Below are positions 8,334 through 19,100 of a stretch of DNA of 64,000 nucleotides, in pieces (the first letter of the stretch is position 1; every line of letters starts with the position of its first letter). A program made the translations under genes and the position numbers. The stretch comes from Acidobacteriota bacterium (GTDB lineage: Bacteria; Acidobacteriota; UBA6911), in the NCBI GenBank assembly GCA_963664705.1, contig OY761556.1, forward strand, positions 2,592,001 to 2,656,000, written 5' to 3'. Under the pieces are notes generated by a model that had not been told where the DNA came from, made no database searches, and saw only the letters and a program-made list of their open reading frames with translations.

Positions 8334-10409
8334 ATGGCAAATGGATATGCGGGAAAGATTCTCAGCATCAATTTAACAAAAAAGACCGTTACAACTCTCG
8401 ATACGGAGAAATACAAGGAATTTGGCGGCGGGATTGGTATCGCTTCCGCCATCTTCTGGGATCTCGCGGTTGCTCCCGGCGACTGGGATCTCAAAGACGC
8501 CTATGATCCCCGGAATGTCATTTCGCTGATGTCCGGCCCGCTGGCAGGCACCGGCATTCCCGGCGCGGGCAGGACCAGCATCAGCGCCGTTTCGCCGGAA
8601 ACTTTTCCCATTCACCAATTCGCACGAACCAGCATGGGCGGCAGATTCGCCACCATGCTCAAACAGGCAGGTTGGGATGGAGTTGTTGTTCAGGGGAAAT
8701 CCGATCGGCCGGTCTGGATCAATATCATCAACGACAAAGTTGTCATCGAAGATGCCCAAAAACTCTGGGGACTCAATACCTATGAGGCCCAGGCCCAGAT
8801 AACAGCCATGGTAGGAGGCAGAACGCGTTTCGGGGATGAGTGGCATCAGATCGAGAAACAATATACGACAGCCCGACCCCAGATCGTCTGCATCGGACCG
8901 ATCGGCGAGACCAAGGCGAAAATAGCAGCATTGATTCACGGCAGCGGCGTCAGTGCACGCATAGGCGGATTCGGAGGGGTTTTCGGTGCGAAAAACCTGA
9001 AAGCGATCAGCGTCATCGGCACGGGCGGCGTGAAAGCGGCAGATCCCAAAGGCGTTGTCGACACGCGACTCTGGCATTTCAATGCTTTTCCGAAACCTCT
9101 TCACAATGATCCAGGCAACGCATCCTGTATGCCATGCCTGCGATGCGACCGCAGACGCAATTCGTATCATGGCGGCGAGACCATGTGCGTCGACCAGCAC
9201 TGGTTCAACGGCCAGGGCGATGCCAATGAGGACAGAGCCGCTGAAATGCTGATGAAATATGGGCTCAGCGGATGGGGTGGCCATTTTGACGGCATGAAAA
9301 TATTCGTGGCCGACGTACCGGGCGCTCCTGCATTTTTCAAAGGAAAGGTCCCGGTGGAACCTGGGATGGGTTGGTATCTCAAGTACCTTTATGATCAAGG
9401 CATCCTTGGCACCGGCAAGAAAATCGATTCGTATCCTTTGCATATGGACCAGTACGACACCTTGAGCTTCCGGGAGGCTTTCCTCGACTGCATCGCCCGA
9501 CGAGTCGGAATTGGGGACGTGCTTGCCGAAGGATTGCTGGAAGCGGCCGAAAAATGGGGGCGGCTCGATGTAGATTTGAACAATGGCGCACTTCGCCTGC
9601 CGGCCTGGGGCGCCGTTTATCACTGGACGCTGCCCGGAGTTGAGTGGTCCTACAATTATCTGCTGGGAACCGGGGATCCGGCATGGCACGGATTCTTCGC
9701 ACTTGGCAAAAATATGGGCGGCGGTCCGGGAGCCCTCGGCGAACCCGCAGGAACTTACAGCGTCGAACGGCTGCTGGAAATAATGTCCGCGAAAACCATT
9801 CCCTTTACCAACGATCCCATGATGTTTAACTACGCATGGAAGGGAGAGGATGCCAGGAAAACCGGCATCTATTCAGAACATAAAGCTAAAGAGGTTGCAT
9901 GGACGCGCCATTTCGCCTCGTTCTGGAACGAATCCATGGCATTCTGCGAAATGCTGTTGCCGGTGTTCATCAATGTAGATCGCAAAGACAATTGGGGCCC
10001 GAGTCCCGATGTCGAATTGCGCTATTACCAGGCTGTGACCGGGAACAAAATTCCTTTCGAAGAGACAATGGCAATCGGAAAGAAGTTGTGGACGCTCGAG
10101 CGCGCTATTCGCGTAATGGGAGGAAGAAACCGGGAGAACGAAAAATTCGCTCCGTTCATGTACAAACCTGGAGCCTGTGCCATGAATTTCCAGGGCGGTG
10201 TTCCGGTTTATGAAAACGGGAAGTGGAGCTGGCAGGATAACCTCGACATGTATCTGGATGATGCCGGGGTCGAACTTTTCAAAACCCGATATTACAAGCT
10301 GGAAGGATGGGATGAAAAGAACGGCTGGCCAACCCGCAACACCCTGGAAGGAATGGGCCTCAAACACGTTGCCGACGGCATGGCAGCCAAAGGCAAGCTT
10401 GGGGCATAA
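8334..10409 (+). CDS. aor: Aldehyde:ferredoxin oxidoreductase family (tungsten-type) catalytic subunit
   Basis: GYAGKILSINLT, GPLAGT, MGGRFATMLKQAGWDGVVVQGKS, GGFGGVFGAKNLKAI, YYKLEGWDEKNGWPTRNTLEGMGL. Confidence 0.92.
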   Translation: MANGYAGKILSINLTKKTVTTLDTEKYKEFGGGIGIASAIFWDLAVAPGDWDLKDAYDPRNVISLMSGPLAGTGIPGAGRTSISAVSPETFPIHQFARTSMGGRFATMLKQAGWDGVVVQGKSDRPVWINIINDKVVIEDAQKLWGLNTYEAQAQITAMVGGRTRFGDEWHQIEKQYTTARPQIVCIGPIGETKAKIAALIHGSGVSARIGGFGGVFGAKNLKAISVIGTGGVKAADPKGVVDTRLWHFNAFPKPLHNDPGNASCMPCLRCDRRRNSYHGGETMCVDQHWFNGQGDANEDRAAEMLMKYGLSGWGGHFDGMKIFVADVPGAPAFFKGKVPVEPGMGWYLKYLYDQGILGTGKKIDSYPLHMDQYDTLSFREAFLDCIARRVGIGDVLAEGLLEAAEKWGRLDVDLNNGALRLPAWGAVYHWTLPGVEWSYNYLLGTGDPAWHGFFALGKNMGGGPGALGEPAGTYSVERLLEIMSAKTIPFTNDPMMFNYAWKGEDARKTGIYSEHKAKEVAWTRHFASFWNESMAFCEMLLPVFINVDRKDNWGPSPDVELRYYQAVTGNKIPFEETMAIGKKLWTLERAIRVMGGRNRENEKFAPFMYKPGACAMNFQGGVPVYENGKWSWQDNLDMYLDDAGVELFKTRYYKLEGWDEKNGWPTRNTLEGMGLKHVADGMAAKGKLGA

Positions 10410-10429
10410 CTGCAGTCGCTGCTAAAGTA

Positions 10430-10467
10430 ACCAGGGATGATCTCTTCCATGAAAGATCATCCCTGGT
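10430..10467 (+). terminator. Hairpin after aor, probable terminator
   Basis: ACCAGGGATGATCT / AGATCATCCCTGGT, 14-bp stem. Confidence 0.6.
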
Positions 10468-10828
10468 ATAACCCTTCAATTTATCTATTCGATCGGTGTG
10501 TTTGCTCTTTTGAGAATCGGTTTTGTAGGAATATCGGGTACGGGAGCTTCCTCTGGAGGCTTTTCATCGCCCGTTTTGTTCTCCAGCAACAACTTCACAT
10601 CTGCCTGCCCTTCCGTCCCATCCGATAAAATGAAATAGGCATTCCCTTTTTCAAGAGGCATTTGATACTCCACCGCAGTGTTGAGTAATAAACAGTTTTT
10701 ATTTGTTATTTTTTATCTCTTTTTACATTATAAGGTTTCCTTCAAGAACAATGTGAAGGCCCTAAATGCCACCGAATGGAGTGGTAAATGCCATCTCCTT
10801 TATTTCAACAAGAATAGAGAAGAACCCA

Positions 10829-13684
10829 ATGAAACTTACAAGATTGAGCCTGACGATCAACGGAATTGAAAGATTTGTTGTCTGCGATCCTGAAAAGGAC
10901 AACCTGGCAGAAGTTTTACGCCGCATGGGCCTCACAGGCGTGAAGGTTGGCTGTGGTACCGGCGTTTGCGGTGCCTGCTCAGTAATTCTCAATGGAAAGG
11001 TGGTACGTGCCTGCTCCAGAAAAATGAAGACGGTTGCGGAGTTTAGCGAAATCACCACAATTGAAGGCATCGGCACTCCGAAAAATCTTCACCCGCTGCA
11101 GCAGGCCTGGATCACATATGGTGGAGTGCAGTGCGGGTTCTGTTCCCCAGGGTTCATCGTCTCCGCCTATCAACTATTAGCTGAAAATAGTACTCCGACG
11201 CGTGAAGAGGTCCGGGACTGGTTCCAAAAGCATCGGAATATCTGCCGCTGTACAGGATATAAACCTCTGGTTGATTCCGTCATGGAAGCCGCCAAGGTTA
11301 TGCGCGGTGAAGCGACAATACAGGACATTACCTATGATTTTGCCGGAGAAAAAGACATCTATGGGTCCCGACATCCCAGACCCTCCGCTCTTGCAAAGGT
11401 GACCGGCCTTGCAGATTACGGCAATGATGTTGAGCAGCAGATGCCTGAAGGCGTCGCGCACATTGCGGTGGTTCTGGCCGATGTTCATCACGCCAAAATC
11501 ATCAGTATTGACAGCAGCGAAGCAGAGAAAATGCCGGGCGTTATCAAAGTCATCACCGCCAAGGATGTAAAAGGCACCAATAGCATGCCAGTTCAAGGCC
11601 ATGTCATTCGTCAAAAAGGCCATGGTGTCCGGGAGTTCCCTGTTATCGCCGGCAAGAAGGTCCTGAGACGAGGCGATGTTATGGCACTGGTAGCGGCTGA
11701 TACCAGAGAGCATGCCCGGGCGGCTGCCAAAAAGGTCAATAAGAACTTTGAAATCCTGCCTTCGTACATGACTTTCCCTGAGGCTGTAATGCCCAATGCA
11801 ATTCAGCTACATGAAACCATACCCAACTTTTATCTTGAACAACCTTGCCTTAAAGGCCGGGATACAGCCGAAGTTTTCGAAGAAGCAGCCTATGTGGCCG
11901 AAGGAAGCTTTCATTCACAGCATCAACCGCATCTTCCTATAGAACCGGATGTCTGCCAGGCATACTGGGGTGTCGACGGGATGCTTACGATTCAATCCAA
12001 GTGTCAGAATCTGTCGGAAAACGCCGAAGGCATCGCCTTGGCATGCGGTATTCCCAAAGAAAACATTCGGATGCTGCTGAATTGCGTCGGGGGGTCTTTC
12101 GGATACTCCATCGCCTCCAACGTTCATGCGCTTGTTGCAGTGGCTGCCATGGAATTGGATATGCCCGTCAGCCTGAGCCTCAGTTATGACGAACACAACC
12201 ATACGACCGGCAAGAGATCGGCTACGTTCACTAATGGTCGTATAGGATGTGACAAGGACGGGAAAATCATTGCGGCCGAATACGACATTGCTTTAGATCA
12301 TGGCGCGTACGCACTCGTACCCATTTTCAATAATCTGGTTTCGGTTGGATTCCACGGTTACAACATCCCCAACTTCAAGGCGCTTGCGCGCGGCGGTTCC
12401 ACGAATCACGCATTTAATACCGCCTATCGCGGCTTTGGTGGCCCCCAAGTCTACACCGCTACCGAAGCCCTTATCGACATGGCTGCCGAAAAAGCAGGAA
12501 TGGATCCCTGGGAGTTCCGGTACAAGAACGCAGCCAGGACGGGCGATCTAACGATTAACAGCCGTCCGTATCACGATTACCTCTATCCGAAGCTGCTAGA
12601 ATTGGCAAAGCCCACATATGACAAATACAAGGCTGAGGCCGAAGCAGCAAAAAAGGAAGGCCGACACGTAGGCGTCGGCATGAGCATGGGCAGTTTCGTT
12701 ATTACCATTGGAGTATGGGACCATGCGGAGGTGGCGTTAGAACTCAATCCCGACGGAACGGTCACACATTACAATACCTGGCAGGATATGGGGCAAGGAG
12801 GTGATATCGGCACTCTGACCCATACGGTCAAGGCGCTTGGGCCTTTGGGCATCCGTGCCGAGCAGGTGCGCCTGGTCATGAACGACAGCAAAAAATGTCC
12901 CGATACTCTCCTTTCGGCCGCAAGCCGCTCACACTATATGGCGGGCAACGCCACGCTTGATGCGGCAAGACAGCTGCTGGATGCAATGCGCAAAAAGAAC
13001 GGTGCGTACCGCACTTATGCCGAAATGACCGCCGAGGGTATTCCCACAAAATATGTAGGTCACTACGACCAGCATAACATCGGACTGGCGCAGGATCTCG
13101 ATCCCGATACCGGCGAAGGTGAAAAGGTGCCAGCCCACATGTATGGGCTCAATCTCGCCTTGGTCGAAGTCGATGTCAAAACTGGAAAATCAAAGGTTTT
13201 AAGGTTCACTTTTGCAGGCGACGTGGGCGTTATCGGCAATAGGCTTTCCGTTGAGGGGCAGGCATACGGTGGCATATCCCATTCCATCGGGTTTGCACTG
13301 ATGGAAGACTACGATGCACAGGACAAGCATGGCAATATGGTCAGCTGCGGGATCCCCTCCATAGACGTAATCCCCGACGATATGCAGCTGATCTTCACAG
13401 AAACACCTCGACCAGCCGGGCCGCACGGATCCTGCGGTTGCTCCGAAGTCTTCCAATGCTGCAACCACATGGCGGTCATCAATGCCATTAATCATGCTTG
13501 CGGTGTTCGAATTTATGCGCTGCCGGCAACACCGGAAAAAATCAAAGCCGGTTGGGAAGCGAAGCAACGCGGAGAGGATCTGACTCCGCCCAAATATTTC
13601 CTCGGAAACGAACTCGAGGAAGAGCTGGAGATTATTAAGGCCCAACCTCTGAGCCAGAGGAAAACACCTGGGGCAGTCCAATAG
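10829..13684 (+). CDS. mop: Molybdopterin aldehyde oxidoreductase (xanthine oxidase family, MOP-type single chain with two 2Fe-2S clusters)
   Basis: GCGTGVCGAC, QCGFCSPGF, CRCTGY, GGSFG, AYRGFGGPQ, MGQGG, C-terminal PATPEKI. Confidence 0.93.
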   Translation: MKLTRLSLTINGIERFVVCDPEKDNLAEVLRRMGLTGVKVGCGTGVCGACSVILNGKVVRACSRKMKTVAEFSEITTIEGIGTPKNLHPLQQAWITYGGVQCGFCSPGFIVSAYQLLAENSTPTREEVRDWFQKHRNICRCTGYKPLVDSVMEAAKVMRGEATIQDITYDFAGEKDIYGSRHPRPSALAKVTGLADYGNDVEQQMPEGVAHIAVVLADVHHAKIISIDSSEAEKMPGVIKVITAKDVKGTNSMPVQGHVIRQKGHGVREFPVIAGKKVLRRGDVMALVAADTREHARAAAKKVNKNFEILPSYMTFPEAVMPNAIQLHETIPNFYLEQPCLKGRDTAEVFEEAAYVAEGSFHSQHQPHLPIEPDVCQAYWGVDGMLTIQSKCQNLSENAEGIALACGIPKENIRMLLNCVGGSFGYSIASNVHALVAVAAMELDMPVSLSLSYDEHNHTTGKRSATFTNGRIGCDKDGKIIAAEYDIALDHGAYALVPIFNNLVSVGFHGYNIPNFKALARGGSTNHAFNTAYRGFGGPQVYTATEALIDMAAEKAGMDPWEFRYKNAARTGDLTINSRPYHDYLYPKLLELAKPTYDKYKAEAEAAKKEGRHVGVGMSMGSFVITIGVWDHAEVALELNPDGTVTHYNTWQDMGQGGDIGTLTHTVKALGPLGIRAEQVRLVMNDSKKCPDTLLSAASRSHYMAGNATLDAARQLLDAMRKKNGAYRTYAEMTAEGIPTKYVGHYDQHNIGLAQDLDPDTGEGEKVPAHMYGLNLALVEVDVKTGKSKVLRFTFAGDVGVIGNRLSVEGQAYGGISHSIGFALMEDYDAQDKHGNMVSCGIPSIDVIPDDMQLIFTETPRPAGPHGSCGCSEVFQCCNHMAVINAINHACGVRIYALPATPEKIKAGWEAKQRGEDLTPPKYFLGNELEEELEIIKAQPLSQRKTPGAVQ

Positions 13685-13704
13685 CTTCGACGTAATTGCA
13701 GCTT

Positions 13705-13741
13705 AGCAATCAGCCGAACGGATGACGTTCGGCTGATTGCT
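13705..13741 (+). terminator. Hairpin after mop
   Basis: AGCAATCAGCCGAACG / CGTTCGGCTGATTGCT, perfect 16-bp stem. Confidence 0.6.
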
Positions 13742-13761
13742 GGCTTGAGGAATGAAACAGG

Positions 13762-14187
13762 GTGAAAAATTTGGCTCCCATCCCAATCAAAGCGGATAAA
13801 GAGTTCGTCGACTTTCTCAATGCCGTACGACTGAAAGAAGTGGAAATCGTCGAGGCAATCCAGGTGACGGTAGACTCTGCTGATTCAGGCGAAGCGTACC
13901 TGCGGAATCTGACCGCAACCATTGAGCTATTCCCTACAGCTCCTCAAAAAGCACGGGCAGTCATTTTTAGACTGCAGGCCCTCTCCTTGATGATGGAAAG
14001 AAACGAACTGAGGAACTGGATGCTGCCCGGCAGCTCATCATTTACCAAAGCGGGACAACGAGCCGTGATCGCAGCATTGACACATCATCCCCTTTCTTTG
14101 ATAAATGGCGAAATTACATTCGAAAAGGAATCATTCCTTCAAAGGATTCTTCTCGCTGCGGAATACGAAGGAAAGGTAACGAGCTAG
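13762..14187 (+). CDS. Hypothetical protein
   Basis: 141-aa ORF filling the intergenic space, GAGGA RBS, protein-like composition; no motif recognised. Confidence 0.65.
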   Translation: MKNLAPIPIKADKEFVDFLNAVRLKEVEIVEAIQVTVDSADSGEAYLRNLTATIELFPTAPQKARAVIFRLQALSLMMERNELRNWMLPGSSSFTKAGQRAVIAALTHHPLSLINGEITFEKESFLQRILLAAEYEGKVTS

Positions 14188-14283
14188 GTTTATTATATTG
14201 CATGGTTCAGCGGGTTAGCCAGATACAAGGCAGGCTGTCTGAAACAGAGACAAACTTTGGTGCATTTGTTCAGGAGTTCATCT

Positions 14284-15435
14284 ATGTCCGGATGGAATAA
14301 GCTGATATTTACTCTCTCCTTATCTGTTTTCGCGATCGTTGTCGGAACCATTTCTTATGCTGCCTATAGAGGGCATGCGGATGACAGCGATATCGACGCT
14401 GTTTTAAGTGCGTATCCTGATCTTAAAGGCACAGCGATTGACTCCTGCGCTACCTGCCACAAAAGCGGAAAAGTGGAGGACGTCCCGGGAACGCTTCGAC
14501 AGGAAGGTCACTGCGGGTACTGCCATGCAACGCATGTAAGAAAAAACCTGCCGGCTAAGGAAACACTGAATCGTTATGGAGCCGATTATCTTGCCGCCGG
14601 CCGGGGAATCAAAGCCGTTCGCGCTATCTCGGCAAAAGATTCAGATAAGGACGGCTTTTCAAATGAAGCCGAATTCCTGAAAGGAACCAACCCGGGCGAA
14701 GATCAAAGCAATCCATCGACTGCAATAGCACCGAACAAAATGTTTTCATCCCCTGAACTCAGGACGCTATTGCCGACCTTGAGTGAAACTGTTTTTTTGA
14801 ATACCTCGCAAAACAAACAGGGCGATTTCTACAACGAATATCGTGGCATGAAAGTTTACGAATTGCTGCAAGCAGTTGGCATTTCTCACGCGGCTGAGAG
14901 CGTAGACTTTATCTCACTGGACGGATTCGAAGGCAGCTTTACCATCAAAGAATTGAAGGCAAAGTGGCCGCAGGGCAAGCCGGTTCTGGGTCTCGACAAA
15001 AAAACGATAGGCCCATGCGGATGGGTGAGCTACAACGTCCCCGGTCTCAATGAGAAAGCAGCGCTTCCTTCGGTACAGGTGATGCTCGCCTATGAAGAGA
15101 ATGGGAAGGAAATCGAAAGGGGCAAATTGGATCCCGCAACAGGTCGTATAATCGGTACCGGTCCTTTGCGGCTGGTTGTGCCGCAGTTCAAGATTTCTCC
15201 TCCGGATCTGCCGAAGTATGCAGAACAATCATGCCGGGAAAGAGTGCCCCAGGAATATCGATTTACTGAAGACTACGATCACAACGGTGGCAGGAGCTCA
15301 TTTTCTATTATTGCGGTGAGAATTAACCCTCTGCCAAAAGGAACGAGAGATTTCGACTGGCATAAAATCAGAGAGGAGTTAATTTCAGGAGAAAAAATAG
15401 TCTTTTTCGGAGCGTTGTCACCAAAGATCCGATAA
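14284..15435 (+). CDS. Exported diheme c-type cytochrome, GEGP-motif diheme protein-like
   Basis: Signal peptide; CATCH and CGYCH; DSDKDGFSNEAE; GTGPLRLVVPQ. CAGGAG RBS. Confidence 0.8.
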   Translation: MSGWNKLIFTLSLSVFAIVVGTISYAAYRGHADDSDIDAVLSAYPDLKGTAIDSCATCHKSGKVEDVPGTLRQEGHCGYCHATHVRKNLPAKETLNRYGADYLAAGRGIKAVRAISAKDSDKDGFSNEAEFLKGTNPGEDQSNPSTAIAPNKMFSSPELRTLLPTLSETVFLNTSQNKQGDFYNEYRGMKVYELLQAVGISHAAESVDFISLDGFEGSFTIKELKAKWPQGKPVLGLDKKTIGPCGWVSYNVPGLNEKAALPSVQVMLAYEENGKEIERGKLDPATGRIIGTGPLRLVVPQFKISPPDLPKYAEQSCRERVPQEYRFTEDYDHNGGRSSFSIIAVRINPLPKGTRDFDWHKIREELISGEKIVFFGALSPKIR

Positions 15436-15538
15436 AAATTCGTGCATGACCTTGCATGTCTCATGCATTTCGCAGCCCCCCATTTGGGCTATGTGCGATC
15501 TGAGATCTTCGGAGTTGAGCGATTGAAATAGAGCGCTG

Positions 15539-15850
15539 CTACGCGATTAAGGCCCAGCGCTCTCTCATTTCCATCAAAGCCTTCGAGTTGGCGACCTTGA
15601 AGCTGCCGGTTCCTACAATGGCGATTGCCTTGAATTTTTGGGATCCAAATTCTCCTCCGAATCCGCCCTAGCCGGCCGCAGTTCCTCCACCATGCTGCAA
15701 CGACGCAATTCTGCTCAATTTCTCACCGGCCTGGCTCGTCGTGACAATCGCGGGCCTGCGCAGGGTGTACTCCTTCCCTTCCGGGTACCCAAGCCTGGCC
15801 GTCAGGTTGCCGCCGGGGGATTCCGCGTCCGGATCGTCGAGAGCGATCAT
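15539..15850 (-). pseudogene. Fragment of an AOR-family gene with an internal stop
   Basis: YTLRRPAIVTTSQAGEKLSRIASLQHGGGTAAG*GGFGGEFGSQKFKAIAIVGTGSFKVANSKALMEMR aligns by eye to YTTARPQIVCIGPIGETKAKIAALIHGSGVSARIGGFGGVFGAKNLKAISVIGTGGVKAADPKGVVDTR of the AOR at 8334. TAG at 15668-15670. Confidence 0.85.
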
Positions 15851-16147
15851 CGGGATCCACCGGAATCGGCAAAACCCAATAAGCCGACAATAAAGTCAAA
15901 GCGTGAAACTGGCAGGGAACGACTTTCGATCTAACGACTGCCTCTGGCGATGTCGATAAGAAAAGAAAACGCACGGCTTGATTGATGACGAGCAAGGACC
16001 AGTTGCAGCAGGGTTTAACATGTAATGCTGTCCACTTGGATCGGGCTGTCTTTTTGGATTGAGAGATTTTTGTGCTGATGTGCAGGGGCTGGTTTCGTAT
16101 CTCCGGCACAAAGAGTCTGCAATTCTAGATTGCATTAGGGGCCGAAT

Positions 16148-19100
16148 ATGCGATTCAAGTGTGCACTGTACTCCCGCAATAGGAATGTTCTACTTATTTC
16201 CCTAGGACGCATAATTCTAGGCTTGAGTGTGTTGGCGGCAATCTACCCGACTCCAGCATATTCCGCGTTTCTAAAGGACCTTCCGATTACCCTAAAACAG
16301 CCAAACGGAGAGCTGGTTCGAGCATTTGTAACCGGCGATGAAAACTGCAATTTCATCCACGACGAAGAAGGATATGTCGCCGTCCGCGATCCGGGCAGCC
16401 GATTCTGGGTTTATGGTCAGCAGGCGGGAGGCCGCATTCGGCCATCCACCCACATCCTGGGTCGAGGCAAGCCGGATCTGCCCCCAATATCCCGCGCAAC
16501 AATATTAAGCCTGCAAAAACCGGCTCTTTCTCGGAGTGACCTGCGTTCCGCACGGGCGGGCTCTAAAACCCGTGGGCCTATGGCCGTCGATTCTCTGAAT
16601 GCATCCAGTGTTTCCAGCGACGGCCCTTGGACGCCGAGTCTCGGAACCGTCAACAATATTGCTATTTTCGTCCGCTTTGCCGACGACCCGGAGTTTACGG
16701 CACCGCTTTCGTCCTATGCGGCATTGTTTAATGCTTCCGGGGATAGCGATGTTTCCTTATATAATTATTATAAAGAGGCTTCCTACAATCAGCTGTCGGT
16801 TGCCACTTCATTTTATCCCAACTCAGCAGGGACCATTGTCTCGTATCGGGATATGAACCCCCGAGCCTACTATCAGGCTTACGATGTACGCTCTAATCCT
16901 CTCGGGTATGCGGATGGCTCGGAATATCTGCAGCGGGAACGGGCCCTCCTGGATAGAGCCGTGAACGCAATCAGTGACCAGGTCCCGAATTCGCTCGAAA
17001 TCGACGGCAATGGAGATGGTTTCATCGATCACATCTGCCTCATTTATCAAGGGCACCCGGACGGCTGGGCATCCATGCTTTGGCCGCACCAGGCATTCGC
17101 GAATGCATCCTCGGCAGCCAGGATTCAGGGCAAACAAATCCGCTCCTACAATGTGCAGATCGATGCAATGCTGCTTCCAGACTGGGTCGGAGTTCTATGC
17201 CACGAATTCTTCCACTCCCTGGGAGCTCCGGACCTTTATAACTACTCCTTGCAGGCACCCGGCGCAGTTGGCAATTGGTTTGACAGCGTCGGTGAATGGG
17301 ACCTCATGGCATCCGACGGTAAAGTGCCGCAACACATGGGTGCCTATATGAAGTACCGCTACGGAAAATGGATCCCGCAATTGCCGGCGATTTCCCAGGA
17401 CGGCTTATATGCCCTTCGTCCCCTGACCGATAACGTTAATAATGCCTATCGCATTGCATCACCCTACTCGAGCACGGAATGGTTCGTGTTGGAATACCGG
17501 AAGAAATCCGGAGTTTTCGAGCAGTCCCTGCCTGGAGAAGGACTATTGGTTTATCGCATCAACACCTCCTATTATGGAGATGCTTCCGGCCCCCCAGATG
17601 AAGTGTATCTTTATCGTCCGGGTGGGACTCTATATACCAACGGTTTTCTGGGATATGCTCCCTACAGTTCAAATTCGGGCCGCACGGAATTGTCGGACTT
17701 GACAGAACCATCGTCGTTCCTTTCCGCCGGTGGGTCCGGCGGTCTTCTCCTGACCTCGGTCGGCAGCCCAGGGGAACAAATTTCCTTTAGGATTGCCATC
17801 GGGCAGGCATTGCATAGGGTCTCGGCTCCGTCCATCACCGACGGGCCGATTCAGGGAAAATCAAGCACATCCTATTCATTCACATCCTCGGCGGCCGTTG
17901 ATTCTAAAGGCTGCACGATGCAATACCGTTTCTTTTGGGATGATGGTACGTTCTCGGATTGGGCCCAGGATCTGACCGTCAGACACTCCTTCTTCGGTGC
18001 GCGATCATACAAAATCCGGGTTCAAGCTCGCTGCGCATCCTCGCCGGACAGCTATTCCCCTTGGTCGGCTCCCTATCTGGTGACCATGGACTTTGAGACT
18101 CCTTCGCAGTTTTACATGAAACAACGCGTCCCGGCACCCACGGACTCGAGAATGATGATCTACAGTATGGCAACAGGGGATTTGGATGCAGACGGCAAAC
18201 AGGAACTCGTTGTCATGTACGCTTACCTTCCCACCAATTATGCCAAGGACCGGATTCAGGATCTGGTGATCTACAGGTGGGTGGATGGGAAGCTTCAGAA
18301 GATATGGAATCGCGCAGGATCCTCTCTGAATTATCCCGAAGGATGGTACATAAAGGTTGCGGACATCGACGGCGACGGGCGTGCTGAAATCATCAAGAAC
18401 GGAGAAATGATCAAATACTCTATGGGGGAGTATATTCCTATCCCCGCCCCTGATCTTGATCTTCCGGTTGCCGTTGGAGATGCCAACAACGATGGGATGC
18501 CTGAAGTAATATCCTTTGACGGTTTCCTGTATCAATACAATGCTGGGGCATGGAAAACCGCGGGACATTTTGATGTAGGGGGCGCCTCCACGGTGATGGC
18601 CCTGGGGGACACGGATGGAGATGGCAAAAATGAAATCGTCGTTTCCACAGGCAACGGCTTCAACACGGGAACCATTACGGTTCTTCGCGCGACTTCGGGG
18701 GGGAATTTCTCCGTGGTCTGGCAGAAGTCAAACTACATGTCGGGCGCGACCGATATCAAGATTGCCGATTGGGATTCGGATGGCAAGAATGAGATTATTC
18801 TTGCCTATGGCCAGGATTCCTCGGTCCATGTCTTGAAATATGCAAACTCAGCCTATTCGGAGATCTGGTCGCATATCTTCAATGCCTATTCCGGAATGGG
18901 ATGGGTGCCGACCCTGGCCCTCGGCAGGTTCAATCCGGCGACAACCGGACTCGATTTAGCGATCGGACTGGGCGGACATTGTCAACAGCCGGCCGAAGGA
19001 AGTGGCGTGTATCTTGAAAATGTAGGGATGCTTTTTCACGATTCCGATACGAGCTATGGCGTGGGAAGCATTATCCTGATGGATATCGACCAGGATGGCC

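Noticed and set aside
10485-10673. 62-aa minus-strand ORF between aor and mop
   Set aside because: No RBS or motif, and it opposes the flanking genes; a small gene cannot be fully excluded.
15668-15670. Pyrrolysine read-through of TAG in the AOR fragment
   Set aside because: The fragment lacks most of the gene on both sides; a CAG-to-TAG mutation in a relic is simpler.
15668-16109. Toprim-like or other independent small ORFs
   Set aside because: The recognisable part is explained by AOR homology; the rest has no support.
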